Source: Candidatus Algichlamydia australiensis | Lineage (GTDB): Bacteria; Chlamydiota; Chlamydiia; Chlamydiales; JAJFMI01 | Length of the DNA: 64,000 nucleotides | Assembly: GCA_033977065.1 (NCBI GenBank) | Contig: JAXCHI010000003.1 | Location: 544,001-608,000, forward strand | Direction: 5' to 3' | Shown here: piece by piece, positions 9,880 to 21,331 of the stretch | How positions within the stretch are numbered: the stretch's first letter is position 1 | How the letters are laid out: every line of letters begins with the position of its first letter | The notes under the pieces: generated by a model | The model's database searches: none | Told to the model about the DNA's origin: nothing | What the model saw: only the letters and a program-made list of their open reading frames with translations | Made by a program: the position numbers and the translations under genes

Positions 9880-10722
9880 ATGGTTAAGAAGTTTAAACCG
9901 ACAACTCCAGGACAGCGTAGACTGATCCTGCCGAGCAACGAAGAGCTAACACGTGTTGGAAAAACCCGTAAGACGGTTAAACCGACAAAAACTCTTCTTT
10001 TGAAGAAAAGACGCGGAAGCGGGCGCAACCACCATGGCCACATCACATGTCGCCACAAGGGTGGAGGCCATAAGCAGCACTACCGCATTATCGATTTTAA
10101 GAGAGATAAAGATGGCATTGATGCAAAGATCGCCTCTGTTGAGTACGATCCAAACCGCTCTTGCCACATCGCTCTTCTCCACTACTTAGACGGAGAAAAG
10201 CGCTACATTTTGGCTCCGCAAGGTGTAAAAGTTGGCCAAATGGTCAAGTCAGGCAAAGAGGCAAATTTCAAGCCAGGTTGTGCAATGGAGTTGCGCGACA
10301 TGCCTGTGGGCTCTGTTGTCCACAACATTGAAATGCGCCCTGGCGGAGGAGGAAAACTTGTCCGCTCTGCTGGACTCTCTGCACAATATCTTGCTCGCAG
10401 CGGAGGCTATGCCACTTTGAAGATGCCATCAGGCGAAACACGTCTTGTAAATGAGAAGTGTCGCGCTACATTTGGGGCCCTCTCAAATGCAGAGCATGCT
10501 CTTCGTATTGAAGGGAAAGCGGGCCGCAATCGTTGGAAGGGAAAGAGACCAACTGTTCGTGGAACTGCCATGAACCCGGTTGATCACCCGCACGGTGGTG
10601 GTGAAGGTCGCCAAAACAGTTACATTCCGCAGACGCCTTGGGCAAAACAGACCAAGGGTATGAAGACGCGTCGTAAGAAGAAAACGAAAAAGTGGATCGT
10701 AAAAGATCGTAGGAAGAAATAA
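9880..10722 (+). CDS. rplB: 50S ribosomal protein L2
   Basis: [24 protein letters not shown]. Confidence 0.99.
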   Translation: MVKKFKPTTPGQRRLILPSNEELTRVGKTRKTVKPTKTLLLKKRRGSGRNHHGHITCRHKGGGHKQHYRIIDFKRDKDGIDAKIASVEYDPNRSCHIALLHYLDGEKRYILAPQGVKVGQMVKSGKEANFKPGCAMELRDMPVGSVVHNIEMRPGGGGKLVRSAGLSAQYLARSGGYATLKMPSGETRLVNEKCRATFGALSNAEHALRIEGKAGRNRWKGKRPTVRGTAMNPVDHPHGGGEGRQNSYIPQTPWAKQTKGMKTRRKKKTKKWIVKDRRKK

Positions 10723-10724
10723 TT

Positions 10725-10979
10725 ATGGGTAGAAGATCACTAAGAAAAGGTCCTTTTGTTGACCACCATCTTCTGGAAAAAGTGAAAAAGAAGACAGGTC
10801 GTCCAATTCGCACATGGTCAAGACGTTCAATGATCATGCCAGAAATGGTAGGAGAGACGTTTGAAGTACACAACGGTCGTAAATTTATTACTGTCTACGT
10901 ATCGGAAAACATGGTGGGTCATAAGCTAGGAGAGTTTTCTCCAACTAGACTCTACAAAGGTCACACGCAGAAAAAGTAG
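10725..10979 (+). CDS. rpsS: 30S ribosomal protein S19
   Basis: [25 protein letters not shown]. Confidence 0.99.
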   Translation: MGRRSLRKGPFVDHHLLEKVKKKTGRPIRTWSRRSMIMPEMVGETFEVHNGRKFITVYVSENMVGHKLGEFSPTRLYKGHTQKK

Positions 10980-10990
10980 GATAAGATTCG

Positions 10991-11329
10991 ATGAGAGAAG
11001 CGTTAGCAAAAACAAAATATGTAAGAATCAGTCCGCGCAAGGCGCGCCTTGCTGCTGGACTTATCCGAAGCAAAAAAGTTCAAGAAGCTAAAAACCAGCT
11101 TACTTTTGCTGGTTCTAAAGCAGGAAGACTTTTAATGAAGACACTTGATAGTGCTATTGCAAATGCAGAGACACTATTCGAACTTTCAAGAGAAGAGCTA
11201 GTTGTTCGTGAGGTACGTATTGATTGCGGCCCCACTATGAAAAGAGCGAAATCAAAGTGCCGCGGTGGACGTACACCGATTAATAAAAGAACAAGCCACT
11301 TCACTGTTGTCGTAGGACCGAAGGAGTAA
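10991..11329 (+). CDS. rplV: 50S ribosomal protein L22
   Basis: [21 protein letters not shown]. Confidence 0.98.
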   Translation: MREALAKTKYVRISPRKARLAAGLIRSKKVQEAKNQLTFAGSKAGRLLMKTLDSAIANAETLFELSREELVVREVRIDCGPTMKRAKSKCRGGRTPINKRTSHFTVVVGPKE

Positions 11330-11337
11330 GGAAGAGA

Positions 11338-11961
11338 ATGGGACAAAAAACATCTCCAATAGCATTTAGACTCAAAGAGAAAAAAGGATTTAGCTCTTTC
11401 TGGTTTGCAACAAAACACGAGTACGGAGCCCTCATTGGTGAAGATGAGAGAATCCGTAGATATTTAAGAAAGAGATCCTCATGCCAGGCAGCATCTAAAT
11501 TTTTGATCCGCCGCATGAGCGGAAAAGTTGAAGTCACGATCTTCACAGCTCGTCCCGGTCTTGTGATCGGAAAAAAGGGAGCTGAGATCGATCTTCTTAA
11601 AAAAGGACTCGCGAAACTTACAGGCAAAGATGTTTGGATTGAAGTGCAAGAGGTCAAGAGACCTGATCGCAATGCGAAACTTGTTGCTGAAAACATCGCC
11701 TTCCAGCTAAAACGCAGAGCTTCGTTCAGAAGGGCCTTGAAAAAAGCTCTTCAACAAGCGATTGATGCAGGCGCAGAAGGAATCCGTGTGCAAGTTTCAG
11801 GACGTATCGGTGGTGCAGAGATTGCGCGTACCGAGTGGTACAAAGAAAAACGAATTCCTCTCCACACGATCCGCGCCGATATTGATTACGGCACAGCACG
11901 TGCGGAAACGACTTATGGCGCGATTGGCGTAAAAGTCTGGATTAACAACGGGGAACAGTAA
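11338..11961 (+). CDS. rpsC: 30S ribosomal protein S3
   Basis: MGQK, RPGLVIGKKG, SGRIGGAEIARTE, PLHTIRADIDY. Confidence 0.99.
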   Translation: MGQKTSPIAFRLKEKKGFSSFWFATKHEYGALIGEDERIRRYLRKRSSCQAASKFLIRRMSGKVEVTIFTARPGLVIGKKGAEIDLLKKGLAKLTGKDVWIEVQEVKRPDRNAKLVAENIAFQLKRRASFRRALKKALQQAIDAGAEGIRVQVSGRIGGAEIARTEWYKEKRIPLHTIRADIDYGTARAETTYGAIGVKVWINNGEQ

Positions 11962-11964
11962 GAG

Positions 11965-12384
11965 ATGAAAATTCCGAACAAAGTTAAATATCGAAAGCAG
12001 CAGAAAGGTTCTCTAAGAGGAGTTTCAAAAGGTGCCCAGTTCGTAGACTTTGGCGATTTTGGCATGCAAGCTTTAGGACGTGGACGTGTTACTGCACAGC
12101 AAATCGAAGCGTGCCGTGTTGCGATTAATCGCTTCTTAAGCAGAAAGGGTAAAGTTTGGATTCGCATTTTTCCAGACAAACCCGTTTCAAAGAAGCCAGC
12201 AGAGACGCGTATGGGTAAAGGTAAAGGCGCTCCCGACCATTGGGTAGCTCAAATTAAACCGGGACGCATCCTCTTTGAAGTAGGGGGAGATATTACAAAA
12301 GAAGCGGCGCAGCAAGCTTTGGTTAGAGCAGCTGCTAAGCTTCCAATTAAAACGAGATTTGTTTCTCGATTGGAGCAGGTGTAG
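11965..12384 (+). CDS. rplP: 50S ribosomal protein L16
   Basis: [21 protein letters not shown]. Confidence 0.99.
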   Translation: MKIPNKVKYRKQQKGSLRGVSKGAQFVDFGDFGMQALGRGRVTAQQIEACRVAINRFLSRKGKVWIRIFPDKPVSKKPAETRMGKGKGAPDHWVAQIKPGRILFEVGGDITKEAAQQALVRAAAKLPIKTRFVSRLEQV

Positions 12385-12389
12385 AAGCT

Positions 12390-12599
12390 ATGCAGAAGAT
12401 GGAAGAATTATTAGCACAATCGGAAGAAGAGTTAGTCTTAGCGGCCTCTGATCTGAGTCGAGAATTATTTAAACTCCGTACAGAACTTGCGGAAGAGAAA
12501 AAACTATCACAACCTCACTTAGTTGGGGCAAAACGCCGCGAGCGCGCAAGAGTATTGACGGCTCTGCAGCAGAAGAAAGCAGCAAGGAGCAAATCATGA
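12390..12599 (+). CDS. rpmC: 50S ribosomal protein L29
   Basis: ELFKLR...PH...ARVLT; position between rplP and rpsQ. Confidence 0.93.
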   Translation: MQKMEELLAQSEEELVLAASDLSRELFKLRTELAEEKKLSQPHLVGAKRRERARVLTALQQKKAARSKS

Positions 12600-12844
12600 A
12601 AGAGCGAGCTCATAGAAAAGAGCGAGTCGGTGTTGTTGTATCAGACAAGATGAACAAGACTGTTGTCGTAAAAGTTGGCCGCAAAAAGCCCCACCCACAA
12701 TATCAGAAAATTGTTGTTTATAACAAAAAATACTATGCTCATTGCGAAAATCCTGATGTGAAAGTGGGAACAACTGTCAAAATTATGGAGACACGACCTC
12801 TCTCAAAACTAAAGAGATGGCGTGTGACTGAGGTACTAGCATGA
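12596..12844 (+). CDS. rpsQ: 30S ribosomal protein S17
   Basis: [22 protein letters not shown]. Confidence 0.98.
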   Translation: MKERAHRKERVGVVVSDKMNKTVVVKVGRKKPHPQYQKIVVYNKKYYAHCENPDVKVGTTVKIMETRPLSKLKRWRVTEVLA

Positions 12845-13209
12845 TTCAAGAAGAAACGGATTTAGAAGTTGCAGATAACACAGGCGCAAAGCGAGTGCGC
12901 TGCTTTCGTATCCCTAAGGGATCAAAGCGTCGCTATGCTCACGTTGGTGATGTGATTGTTTGCTCAGTAAAAGAGTCTGATCCAAAGGCGAGTGTGAAGA
13001 AAGGCGATGTTGTGAAGGCAGTAGTTGTAAGAACACGAGCTCGTATTGGAAGAAAGGACGGTTCCAAACTGAAGTTTTTCGACAATAGTTGTGTGATCAT
13101 TGATGAGAAGCAAAACCCAAAGGGATCTCGTATTTTTGGACCTGTAGCGCGTGAAGTTCGTGAAGCGGGTTTTGTGAAAATTTGTTCTCTTGCACCGGAG
13201 GTTATCTAA
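12841..13209 (+). CDS. rplN: 50S ribosomal protein L14
   Basis: MIQ...[24 protein letters not shown]. Confidence 0.99.
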   Translation: MIQEETDLEVADNTGAKRVRCFRIPKGSKRRYAHVGDVIVCSVKESDPKASVKKGDVVKAVVVRTRARIGRKDGSKLKFFDNSCVIIDEKQNPKGSRIFGPVAREVREAGFVKICSLAPEVI

Positions 13210-13213
13210 AATC

Positions 13214-13540
13214 ATGAGTAAGTGGATTAAAACAGATGACAAGGTTCTTGTTAGATCGGGAAACGACAAAGGTCGTATAGGAAAAGTTTTAGCACGCAAC
13301 AAGACTCGTATTGTTGTTCAGGGTGTAAACGTTCGTAAAAAGCACATGCGCAAAAGAGACCAGAAGTCTGGTGGTGAGATCATTGAAGTTGAGCGTCCGA
13401 TTCATATTTCAAATGTCTCCTTTTGTAGCAAGAGCGACAAACCTGTGCGAATTAAAGTTAAACAGAAAGAGAATGGTACGAAGGATCTCTACTACCTAGA
13501 GGGTGGAAAAGAGGTCGTGATCCGTACTGTGGGAAAGTAA
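13214..13540 (+). CDS. rplX: 50S ribosomal protein L24
   Basis: [30 protein letters not shown] at 13214. Confidence 0.97.
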   Translation: MSKWIKTDDKVLVRSGNDKGRIGKVLARNKTRIVVQGVNVRKKHMRKRDQKSGGEIIEVERPIHISNVSFCSKSDKPVRIKVKQKENGTKDLYYLEGGKEVVIRTVGK

Positions 13541-13541
13541 A

Positions 13542-14090
13542 ATGGCTGAATCACGAATAAAGAAAAAATACAATGAAGAGGTTAAGACCAAGCTTCAAGA
13601 GAAGTTTGGATACAAAAACCCGATGCTGATTCCGAAGCTTAAAAAGATCGTGATTAGTATGGGCGTTGCAGAAGCCTCAAAAGACAAAAATGCCATGCAG
13701 CAGATTGAAAAAGAGCTTGCACTCTTATCAGGGCAAATTCCTATTAAACGTGTTGCTAAAAAATCAGTTGCTAATTTCAAGTTGCGTGAAGGACAAGTGA
13801 TCGGATTTAAACTGACACTTCGAGGCAATAGAATGTGGGACTTTTTTGATCGATTTACCAATATTGTAAGTCCTCGTATTCGTGACTTTAGAGGGTTTCC
13901 TCGCAAGTGCGATGGGAGTGGAAACTATTCACTAGGAATTGACGATCAACAAGTATTTCCCGAATTGAATTTGGACGATGTTGTCAAAGTGCAGGGGATG
14001 AATATTACCTTTGTCACAAGTAGCAGCACTGATGACGAGTGTCGTGAGTTATTAACCCATCTCGGAATGCCTTACAAGAAAGCGAGTTAA
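13542..14090 (+). CDS. rplE: 50S ribosomal protein L5
   Basis: [31 protein letters not shown]. Confidence 0.99.
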   Translation: MAESRIKKKYNEEVKTKLQEKFGYKNPMLIPKLKKIVISMGVAEASKDKNAMQQIEKELALLSGQIPIKRVAKKSVANFKLREGQVIGFKLTLRGNRMWDFFDRFTNIVSPRIRDFRGFPRKCDGSGNYSLGIDDQQVFPELNLDDVVKVQGMNITFVTSSSTDDECRELLTHLGMPYKKAS

Positions 14091-14102
14091 CGGAGTATAA
14101 AT

Positions 14103-14486
14103 ATGGATCCTATAGCAGAATTTTTAACACGAGTGCGAAATGCCAAAAATGCAAGGCATCGTCACCTCGAGATTCGCTTTAGCAAGATGAAAGAACAGAT
14201 TGCAAAGAACTTAAAAGAGAAAGGCTTCATTGATAGCTATCTTGTAAATGAGAAGCAGGGTCTCATGCGTGTTTTCCTAAAGTATGGGAAAGATCGCGAG
14301 CCGGCAATTCAAGGATTGATGCGTATTTCAAGACCTGGTTGTCGCAAATATGTTGATGCAGATAGCATTCCAACCGTTATGGGTGGGATCGGATCTGTAA
14401 TCCTCTCTACGCCAAAGGGAGTGATTGATGGTGAAACGGCTAAAAAGGAGCGAGTCGGCGGAGAGCTCCTCTGCAAAGTCTGGTAA
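14103..14486 (+). CDS. rpsH: 30S ribosomal protein S8
   Basis: DPIAEFLTRVRNA, SRPG, STPKG, GGELLC. Confidence 0.98.
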   Translation: MDPIAEFLTRVRNAKNARHRHLEIRFSKMKEQIAKNLKEKGFIDSYLVNEKQGLMRVFLKYGKDREPAIQGLMRISRPGCRKYVDADSIPTVMGGIGSVILSTPKGVIDGETAKKERVGGELLCKVW

Positions 14487-14493
14487 TTAAGAT

Positions 14494-15033
14494 ATGTCAA
14501 GATTAGGAAAACGACCCATTCCTCTACCACAAGGTGTAGAGATTAAAAGAGAAAAGAGCAAACTTTCTGTGAAAGGCAAGCTTGGCAACTTAGAACTTGA
14601 CGTTCCTGAAGGAATAGAAGTGACCGTTGCGGATGGTAGCATTGTTGTTGAGCTGAAAGAAGGAAAATTACCTGGGCCTATGCATGGACTCTACCGCTCT
14701 TTGATTCAAAATGCAGTTACTGGAACAAGCCAAGGCTTCACAAAAGAGCTGACGCTCATTGGTGTTGGATTTAAAGCTGCTGTGAAGGGAGAGGTATTGG
14801 ATGTAGCTGTTGGCTTTTCCCATCCCTGCCAAGTCACGATTCCTAAAGGAGTCACAGTAAAAGTTGAAAAAAATACAAGCATTCTCATTTCAGGTGTAGA
14901 CAAACAAGTCGTTGGCCAGTTTGCCTCCGATGTGCGCGCACTGCGTAAACCAGAACCCTATAAAGGTAAAGGAATTCGTTACAAAGACGAGTACGTCAGA
15001 AAGAAAGCGGGTAAGGCTGCAAAAGGTAAATAA
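14494..15033 (+). CDS. rplF: 50S ribosomal protein L6
   Basis: MSRLGKRPI, PEPYKGKGIRY. Confidence 0.99.
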   Translation: MSRLGKRPIPLPQGVEIKREKSKLSVKGKLGNLELDVPEGIEVTVADGSIVVELKEGKLPGPMHGLYRSLIQNAVTGTSQGFTKELTLIGVGFKAAVKGEVLDVAVGFSHPCQVTIPKGVTVKVEKNTSILISGVDKQVVGQFASDVRALRKPEPYKGKGIRYKDEYVRKKAGKAAKGK

Positions 15034-15037
15034 GAAA

Positions 15038-15409
15038 ATGGATTTAGAACTAATTAAGCGAAACAAGAAGAGAAAAAAGCGCGCCCTTCGCAATCATAAG
15101 CGCGTGCGAGGAAGTAGTGCTCGTCCAAGGCTTTCTGTCTTCAAAAGTAACTCACACATTGGAGCTCAAATTATTGATGACGAGAACCAGTGTACGCTCG
15201 TGAGTTTTAGCACCCTTTCCAAAGAAGTAAAGGGAACAGAAAATGCGAAAAAAAGTATGAGCTCAGCCCAATTTGTAGGGGAGAAGCTCGGCACTCTTGC
15301 AAAAGAAAAAGAGATCACTACCGTTGTCTTTGATCGCGGACGTTTTAAATATCACGGATTGCTAAAAGAGCTCGCTGATGGAGCTCGCAAAGCAGGATTG
15401 CAATTTTAA
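15038..15409 (+). CDS. rplR: 50S ribosomal protein L18
   Basis: RPRLSVFKSN, VVFDRG, YHG, ARKAGLQF; ATG at 15038. Confidence 0.97.
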   Translation: MDLELIKRNKKRKKRALRNHKRVRGSSARPRLSVFKSNSHIGAQIIDDENQCTLVSFSTLSKEVKGTENAKKSMSSAQFVGEKLGTLAKEKEITTVVFDRGRFKYHGLLKELADGARKAGLQF

Positions 15410-15418
15410 GGAACTCTC

Positions 15419-15919
15419 ATGGCGAAAAAACAGAAAAGAGAAAAAGAAATTCAAGAAAGTGATCTTCAAGAGAAAGTCCTTTTTATCAACCGCTGCTCAA
15501 AAGTCGTAAAGGGTGGGCGTAAATTTAGTTTTTCAGCTCTAGTCCTTGTAGGGGATGGAAATGGACGCATTGGCCTTGGCTTTGCTAAAGCTAACGAAGT
15601 TGCTGACTGCATCAAAAAAGCAGGACAAGCAGCTCGCAAGGAGATGGTCACATTTGAGATGGACGGAACCACAATCCCTCACGAAATTCGTGTTCAGTGG
15701 GATGGAGCTGTTGTCATGCTAAAGCCTGCAAAGCCTGGTACAGGAATTATTGCAGGTTCAAAAACACGTTCGGTACTTGAAGTCGGTGGTCTAAAAGATG
15801 TGATTGCAAAGAGCCTTGGTTCTAACAATCCCATTAACCTTGCAAGAGCAACGGTCAAAGGCCTTCTGCAATTGAAAAATAAAGAACAGATACTAGCTGC
15901 TAGAGGAAAAACATCATGA
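15419..15919 (+). CDS. rpsE: 30S ribosomal protein S5
   Basis: KVVKGGRKFSFSALV, GTGIIAG, KSLGSNNP. Confidence 0.99.
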   Translation: MAKKQKREKEIQESDLQEKVLFINRCSKVVKGGRKFSFSALVLVGDGNGRIGLGFAKANEVADCIKKAGQAARKEMVTFEMDGTTIPHEIRVQWDGAVVMLKPAKPGTGIIAGSKTRSVLEVGGLKDVIAKSLGSNNPINLARATVKGLLQLKNKEQILAARGKTS

Positions 15920-16368
15920 ATCTATCCAATTTGAAAAACAACCTAGGAACGCGTAAAAAACGCATGCGTGTAGGTCGCGGTACAGGTTGCAAAAAGGGTA
16001 AGACTTGCGGTAAAGGTACAAAAGGCCAAAAAGCAAGACAAGGTTATAAATCGCGCTATGGTAAAGAGGGTGGACAACTTCCCCTCTATCAAAAACTTCC
16101 TTGCCGTGGTTTTACACGCGGAAGATTTCGTAAAGAACACTTTGCCCTAAATCTTGATCGCATCGAAGAAAATTTCAACGATGGCGAGACAGTGAACTTT
16201 GAGACACTAATTGCAAAAGGTTTTGTCTCTAAAAAACTTCCTGGTGGACTAAAAATTATTGGGAATGGCGACCTTAAGAAAAAGGTTGTAATCGAAGCAA
16301 ACCGCTACTCAAAAAGTGCTGCTGAAAAGCTCGAGAAAGCGGGAATAGAGTATAAAACCTTAACATAA
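15916..16368 (+). CDS. rplO: 50S ribosomal protein L15
   Basis: RVGRG...GKTCGKG.KGQKAR, EGGQLPL. Confidence 0.98.
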   Translation: MNLSNLKNNLGTRKKRMRVGRGTGCKKGKTCGKGTKGQKARQGYKSRYGKEGGQLPLYQKLPCRGFTRGRFRKEHFALNLDRIEENFNDGETVNFETLIAKGFVSKKLPGGLKIIGNGDLKKKVVIEANRYSKSAAEKLEKAGIEYKTLT

Positions 16369-16378
16369 AGTGTGCTAG

Positions 16379-17755
16379 ATGGTTGGAGCAATTCGTAAGA
16401 TCTTCTCGGATCCGACATTAAAGGAAAAAATTGTATTTACATTACTCATGCTTCTTGTCTGTCGCATTGGTTCTTTTATACCAGTTCCTGGGATCAATGG
16501 AGATGAAGCGGTAAAAATATTTAAATACACCATTGGAGGAGGGCAGAACCTCTTTCAGCTAATGGATATATTTTCAGGCGGAGCCTTTGCCCAAATGAAG
16601 ATTATTGCGCTTGGTGTAACGCCCTACATCTCTGCATCGATCATCATGCAGCTTCTCGTTGCTTTGATGCCCTCGTTTCAAAGAGAGATGCGTGAAAATC
16701 AAGAAGCAGGCAAGCGTAAAATGGGAAAGTGGATTCGCATTATGACGCTCTTCCTCGCACTGTTTCAGTCTCTTCTTTTTGCTCGCTACGCGGTTTCTAT
16801 TAATAACTCAAGTCCTGGAATCATCGTTCCTGAAATTGCTTCGGTTACAGCATTTGGAGTGCCGTGGCTCTTCTTCCTTATTATGATGGTAACCATGACA
16901 ACAGGATCCCTATTTCTTATGTGGATAGGGGAGCAGATTACCGAGAGAGGAATTGGTAATGGAATTAGTATGATCATTACTATTGGTATTCTCTCTTCTC
17001 TACCAAGAACACTAGGGACTGTGATCCGCCAGTTGAACCTCGACTCTCAAGAGCCAGGTCAGCTCTCCTTTTCATCACTTCTTGTTCTCTTTGCTGTATT
17101 TGTGGGGATTATTGTAGGGACTATTCTGATTATCCAAGGTGTTCGAAAAATTCCTCTGCAATACGCAAGACGTGTTGTTGGTCGTCATGAAGTACAAGGT
17201 GGAAGTGCGCACATCCCATTAAAAGTAAACTATGCTGGTGTGATTCCTGTCATTTTTGCCTCATCCCTTCTTATGTTTCCTGGAACAATTGCGCAGTTTA
17301 TTGGAAAAGGAAACTGGTTAGGAAGAGTCGCATCGATGCTCACTCCCGGCAATATGGTCTATACATGTGCCTATGTTGCATTGATTATATTTTTTACTTA
17401 CTTTTGGACCGCAACGCAGTTCCAGCCAGATCAGATCGCTTCTGATATGAAAAAGAACGGAGCATTTATACCAGGTGTAAGGCAGGGAAAGCCGACAAGA
17501 GATTTTTTAGAAGGGACCATGAACCGCATCACACTTGTAGGAGCTCTCTTTCTAGCATTTATAGCTATATTACCAACCATTGTAGGTCGTGTTTTGGGGC
17601 TTGACGCCTCGATTAGCCACTTTTTTGGAGGGACCTCTCTCCTGATCTTGGTTGGGGTCATCTTAGATACTACTAAGCAGATTGAGTCTCAATTGCTTAC
17701 CAAACGCTATGATGGCTTTATGAAGAAGAAAAAAATCAGGGCAAAGAGTTTGTGA
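16379..17755 (+). CDS. secY: Preprotein translocase subunit SecY
   Basis: [56 protein letters not shown]. Confidence 0.99.
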   Translation: MVGAIRKIFSDPTLKEKIVFTLLMLLVCRIGSFIPVPGINGDEAVKIFKYTIGGGQNLFQLMDIFSGGAFAQMKIIALGVTPYISASIIMQLLVALMPSFQREMRENQEAGKRKMGKWIRIMTLFLALFQSLLFARYAVSINNSSPGIIVPEIASVTAFGVPWLFFLIMMVTMTTGSLFLMWIGEQITERGIGNGISMIITIGILSSLPRTLGTVIRQLNLDSQEPGQLSFSSLLVLFAVFVGIIVGTILIIQGVRKIPLQYARRVVGRHEVQGGSAHIPLKVNYAGVIPVIFASSLLMFPGTIAQFIGKGNWLGRVASMLTPGNMVYTCAYVALIIFFTYFWTATQFQPDQIASDMKKNGAFIPGVRQGKPTRDFLEGTMNRITLVGALFLAFIAILPTIVGRVLGLDASISHFFGGTSLLILVGVILDTTKQIESQLLTKRYDGFMKKKKIRAKSL

Positions 17756-17805
17756 AGAAAGCCCTAAGATGATAAAATAAGTCCAAAATTCAAAGGAAAT
17801 TAGAG

Positions 17806-18183
17806 ATGCCCAGAGTTATCGGAGTCGACATTCCAGGAAAGAAAAGATTAGTAATTAGCCTGCAGTACATTTATGGTCTTGGCCCTAAGCTTGCAGAAGA
17901 GGTAATTGCAAAATTAAAATTTGATCCCAATATGCATGCAGAAAAGCTGACAGAGGAGCAGATCTCTGCGCTAAACGCCATATTGCAGAATGACTACATT
18001 GTGGAAGGGAATAAGCGTCGCGAAGTGCGCGCCAATATTCAACGCCTTATTTCAATAAACGCCTATAGAGGTTTGCGCCATCGTTCCAAGTTACCAGTAC
18101 GTGGACAGAGAACGCGTTGCAATGCGAGAACGCGAAAAGGCAAAAAGAAAACAGTAGCTGGTAAGAAACAAGTTGGTAAGTAG
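17806..18183 (+). CDS. rpsM: 30S ribosomal protein S13
   Basis: YRGLRH, LPVRGQRT, NARTRKG. Confidence 0.99.
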   Translation: MPRVIGVDIPGKKRLVISLQYIYGLGPKLAEEVIAKLKFDPNMHAEKLTEEQISALNAILQNDYIVEGNKRREVRANIQRLISINAYRGLRHRSKLPVRGQRTRCNARTRKGKKKTVAGKKQVGK

Positions 18184-18191
18184 GAATAGAC

Positions 18192-18629
18192 ATGGCTAAG
18201 CAAGAAAAAAAGAGTACAACTAAAGCCCCAATGAAAGGTGGTACCAAATCAACAGGACGTGTTCGCAAAAAACAGCAGAAGTCTGTCCCAGCGGGCGTTG
18301 TTCATGTAAAAGCAACCTTCAACAATACCATTGTAACGATAACAGATCTTTTAGGAAATGTCGTTGCTTGGGCTTCAGCAGGTAAATCAGGATTTTCAGG
18401 GTCGCGTAAATCATCAGGATTTGCTGCAACTGTCGCTGCGCAAAAAGCGTCAAAAGATGCGATGACTCATGGAATGAGAGAAGTAGAAATCAATATTAGC
18501 GGTTCTGGAGCGGGTAGAGAGTCAGCAGTAAAAGGCGTTCAAAGCGCAGGTCTTGCTGTTACCATGATACGTGATGTAACCCCAATTCCTCACAACGGAT
18601 GTCGCAGCAGAAAAAAGAGAAGAGTTTAG
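18192..18629 (+). CDS. rpsK: 30S ribosomal protein S11
   Basis: TFNNTIVT, GRESA, DVTPIPHNGCR. Confidence 0.99.
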   Translation: MAKQEKKSTTKAPMKGGTKSTGRVRKKQQKSVPAGVVHVKATFNNTIVTITDLLGNVVAWASAGKSGFSGSRKSSGFAATVAAQKASKDAMTHGMREVEINISGSGAGRESAVKGVQSAGLAVTMIRDVTPIPHNGCRSRKKRRV

Positions 18630-18639
18630 GAGTTTGAAG

Positions 18640-19743
18640 ATGACAGTTAAGTATGGCAAATTTGAACTGCCGACAAAAATTAAGAAAGAGAAAGAGACAA
18701 ATACCTACGGGAAGTTTATTGCTGAGCCCTTTGAAAGAGGTTATGGTCACACTATTGGCAATGGCTTGAGAAGAATTCTTCTTACATCTCTTGAAGCGCC
18801 TGCGATCGTCTCCATCAAAATTGAGGGAGTTTCGCACGGATTTATGGCGATTGAGGGAGTTGTTGAAGACATGACCCATATCATTCTCAACTTCAAAGAG
18901 GTTCTTTTAAAGAAGCATGCGCAGTCTGATATGAACCGTGAACCTACACCCGTCTCAAAAACCATTGACGTTACTGATGAGATGATCGAGAAGTCAAATG
19001 GTGGCTATGAAGTCACTGTAAAAGACATCTTTTCTGACGATCGCTATGAGCTGGTTAATCCAGATCACAAACTGTTTACTGTAACAAAACCGATGACTAA
19101 AAGAATCGACTTAAAAGTAGCAATTAGTCGCGGTTACACTCCATCAGAGAGACAAGATATTCCTGGAAAAGTTGTAGATGAAATTGTACTTGATGCGATT
19201 TTCTCGCCCGTGCGACTTGTAAACTATCACGTTGAAAACACACGTGTTTTAGGGGATGTTGATTTTGATCGCCTGATTCTTGAAATCACAACAGATGGAA
19301 GAATCACACCACAGGAAGCTCTCTCATTTGCAACCCAAATTGGAATTCACCATTTTGAGTGCTTTCAGAACCTAAAGTACCAAACCATTTCATTTGAGGA
19401 AGAAGCTGGAAGACGCGATAGTGACCGTGAGGAACTACTCTCAAAACTCTCCCTTAAGATTAATGAAATCGAGCTCTCAGTTCGTTCTACAAACTGCCTA
19501 TCTCAAGCAAATATTGAGACAATTGGCGAACTTGTTGTAATGCCTGAGATGGACATGTTGAAATTCCGTAACTTTGGTAAGAAGTCTCTTCATGAGATTA
19601 AAGATAAACTTGAAGAGATGGGCCTCTACCTTGGTATGGACCTCTCTAAGTTTGACATTACACAAGAGAACGTGGCGGAAATCATCGCAGAGTATAGAAA
19701 AAATAATGGCGCGAGTGCAGCTGCCGAAACAAACCCAGAGTAG
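18640..19743 (+). CDS. rpoA: RNA polymerase subunit alpha
   Basis: EPFERGYGHTIGNGLRR, ELSVRSTNCL, NFGKKSL; ATG 18640 follows AGGAG. Confidence 0.99.
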   Translation: MTVKYGKFELPTKIKKEKETNTYGKFIAEPFERGYGHTIGNGLRRILLTSLEAPAIVSIKIEGVSHGFMAIEGVVEDMTHIILNFKEVLLKKHAQSDMNREPTPVSKTIDVTDEMIEKSNGGYEVTVKDIFSDDRYELVNPDHKLFTVTKPMTKRIDLKVAISRGYTPSERQDIPGKVVDEIVLDAIFSPVRLVNYHVENTRVLGDVDFDRLILEITTDGRITPQEALSFATQIGIHHFECFQNLKYQTISFEEEAGRRDSDREELLSKLSLKINEIELSVRSTNCLSQANIETIGELVVMPEMDMLKFRNFGKKSLHEIKDKLEEMGLYLGMDLSKFDITQENVAEIIAEYRKNNGASAAAETNPE

Positions 19744-19749
19744 AAGAAT

Positions 19750-20169
19750 ATGAGACACGGAAAACATACCTTTAAAATTGGCAGAACCTCTTCTCACAGA
19801 CGCTGCATGATGGCGAACATGATGAAATCTCTTATCCTTCATGGTCGCATTGAAACAACAGTGCGCAAAGGAAAAGAGCTAAAGCGTGAAGCAGATAAAC
19901 TCATCACAACAGCAAAAAAAGGTGGGCTAACAGCTACACGCCGTGCTGCTGCTGAGCTGATGGTCTCCTACAACAAGCTAACCGCAAAAGAAGCACGTAG
20001 TGCAAAGAATGGCAATACAGCTGCTTACAATGGTGATCGTCAGGTTATTGGCAAGCTCTTTGAAGCAAGTGAGCGCAACAAAGAGAGAAACGGAGGCTAC
20101 ACACGTCTAATCCGTCTCACAAATCGCGTTGGTGATAATGCTGAGCGATGCCTTGTTGAACTTGTTTAG
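19750..20169 (+). CDS. rplQ: 50S ribosomal protein L17
   Basis: MRH...GRTSSHR, IETT, RNGGYTR, RVGDNA. Confidence 0.98.
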   Translation: MRHGKHTFKIGRTSSHRRCMMANMMKSLILHGRIETTVRKGKELKREADKLITTAKKGGLTATRRAAAELMVSYNKLTAKEARSAKNGNTAAYNGDRQVIGKLFEASERNKERNGGYTRLIRLTNRVGDNAERCLVELV

Positions 20170-20323
20170 AGGACGTATTCGAATTAAAGTTCTGTCGGTT
20201 TTTCGATTCTTTTGAGCCGAAACCTCGACGAAATTTCATTTGAAGGTACTCTCTTAAACTCATTGCATTTCTTATGTCCTCTTGATACGATCAGAATACG
20301 GATCACTATCAAGAGGATTTTTT

Positions 20324-21331
20324 ATGAAGCCACGCGTTGCTATCAATGGTTTTGGCCGAATCGGCCGCTCAATCTTAAGACTCGCAGCCAATTCAGGGGC
20401 TTTTGAGGTCGTAGCAATTAATGACCTTGTTCCTCCTGATAATCTTGCCTATCTGCTCAAATATGACTCTACACATGGCCGTTTTGGAAAAAAAGTTGAT
20501 CATAAGACTGACTCAATCATTATTGAAGGTCATGAAATTAAAGTTTGCGCTGAGACCGATCCTGCAAAACTCCCTTGGAAAAAATTGAACATCGACTACG
20601 TCATCGAAGCAACAGGGCGCTTCACACAACTTGAAGATGCCCATAAACACATCGAAGCGGGAGCCAAACGTGTTGTTATTTCAGCTCCAGGAAAAGGGGG
20701 AGTCCCTACTTATGTAATGGGAGTTAACCACGAAAAATACGATCCCAACAAAGAGTTTGTTGTTTGCAACGCCTCTTGTACAACTAACTGCCTCGCCCCC
20801 CTAACTAAAATACTCCTGGATAACTTTGGCATTGAAGAGGGGCTTATGACAACCGTACACAGTGTTACCGCCTCTCAGCCTACTGTTGACTGTCCATCAA
20901 AAAAAGACTTTAGAGGCGGCCGCGCGGCCAGCCTCAATATCATCCCTGCCTCAACAGGAGCAGCTAAGGCAGTAGCTCTCTGTATTCCTGAAATTCAGGG
21001 CAAACTTACAGGAATGGCTTTTCGTGTACCTACAGCTGACGTGTCTGCCGTTGATCTGACAGTAAAGCTGACGAAATCAACAGATTATGATACAATATGT
21101 CATGTGGTTAAAGAGGCCTCAATGACCACAATGAAGGGGATTATGGGCTATACAGAAGACCAAGTGGTCTCTACAGATTTCCTCGGTTCTACCTACTCGT
21201 CCATCTTTGACAAAGGAGCGGGAATCGCCCTCAATCCCAACTTTTTTAAACTAATTTCTTGGTATGACAATGAAATTGGCTACTCGCAAAGAGTGATTGA
21301 TTTGATCCTCTACATGGCCTCTGTGGAGTAG
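20324..21331 (+). CDS. gapA: Glyceraldehyde-3-phosphate dehydrogenase, type I
   Basis: [36 protein letters not shown] 20324. Confidence 0.98.
   Translation: MKPRVAINGFGRIGRSILRLAANSGAFEVVAINDLVPPDNLAYLLKYDSTHGRFGKKVDHKTDSIIIEGHEIKVCAETDPAKLPWKKLNIDYVIEATGRFTQLEDAHKHIEAGAKRVVISAPGKGGVPTYVMGVNHEKYDPNKEFVVCNASCTTNCLAPLTKILLDNFGIEEGLMTTVHSVTASQPTVDCPSKKDFRGGRAASLNIIPASTGAAKAVALCIPEIQGKLTGMAFRVPTADVSAVDLTVKLTKSTDYDTICHVVKEASMTTMKGIMGYTEDQVVSTDFLGSTYSSIFDKGAGIALNPNFFKLISWYDNEIGYSQRVIDLILYMASVE

Noticed and set aside
8241..20169. Absence of rpsJ, rpsN, rpmD, adk, map, infA, rpmJ and rpsD from the S10-spc-alpha cluster
   Set aside because: Matches the usual chlamydial arrangement, so it is not novel
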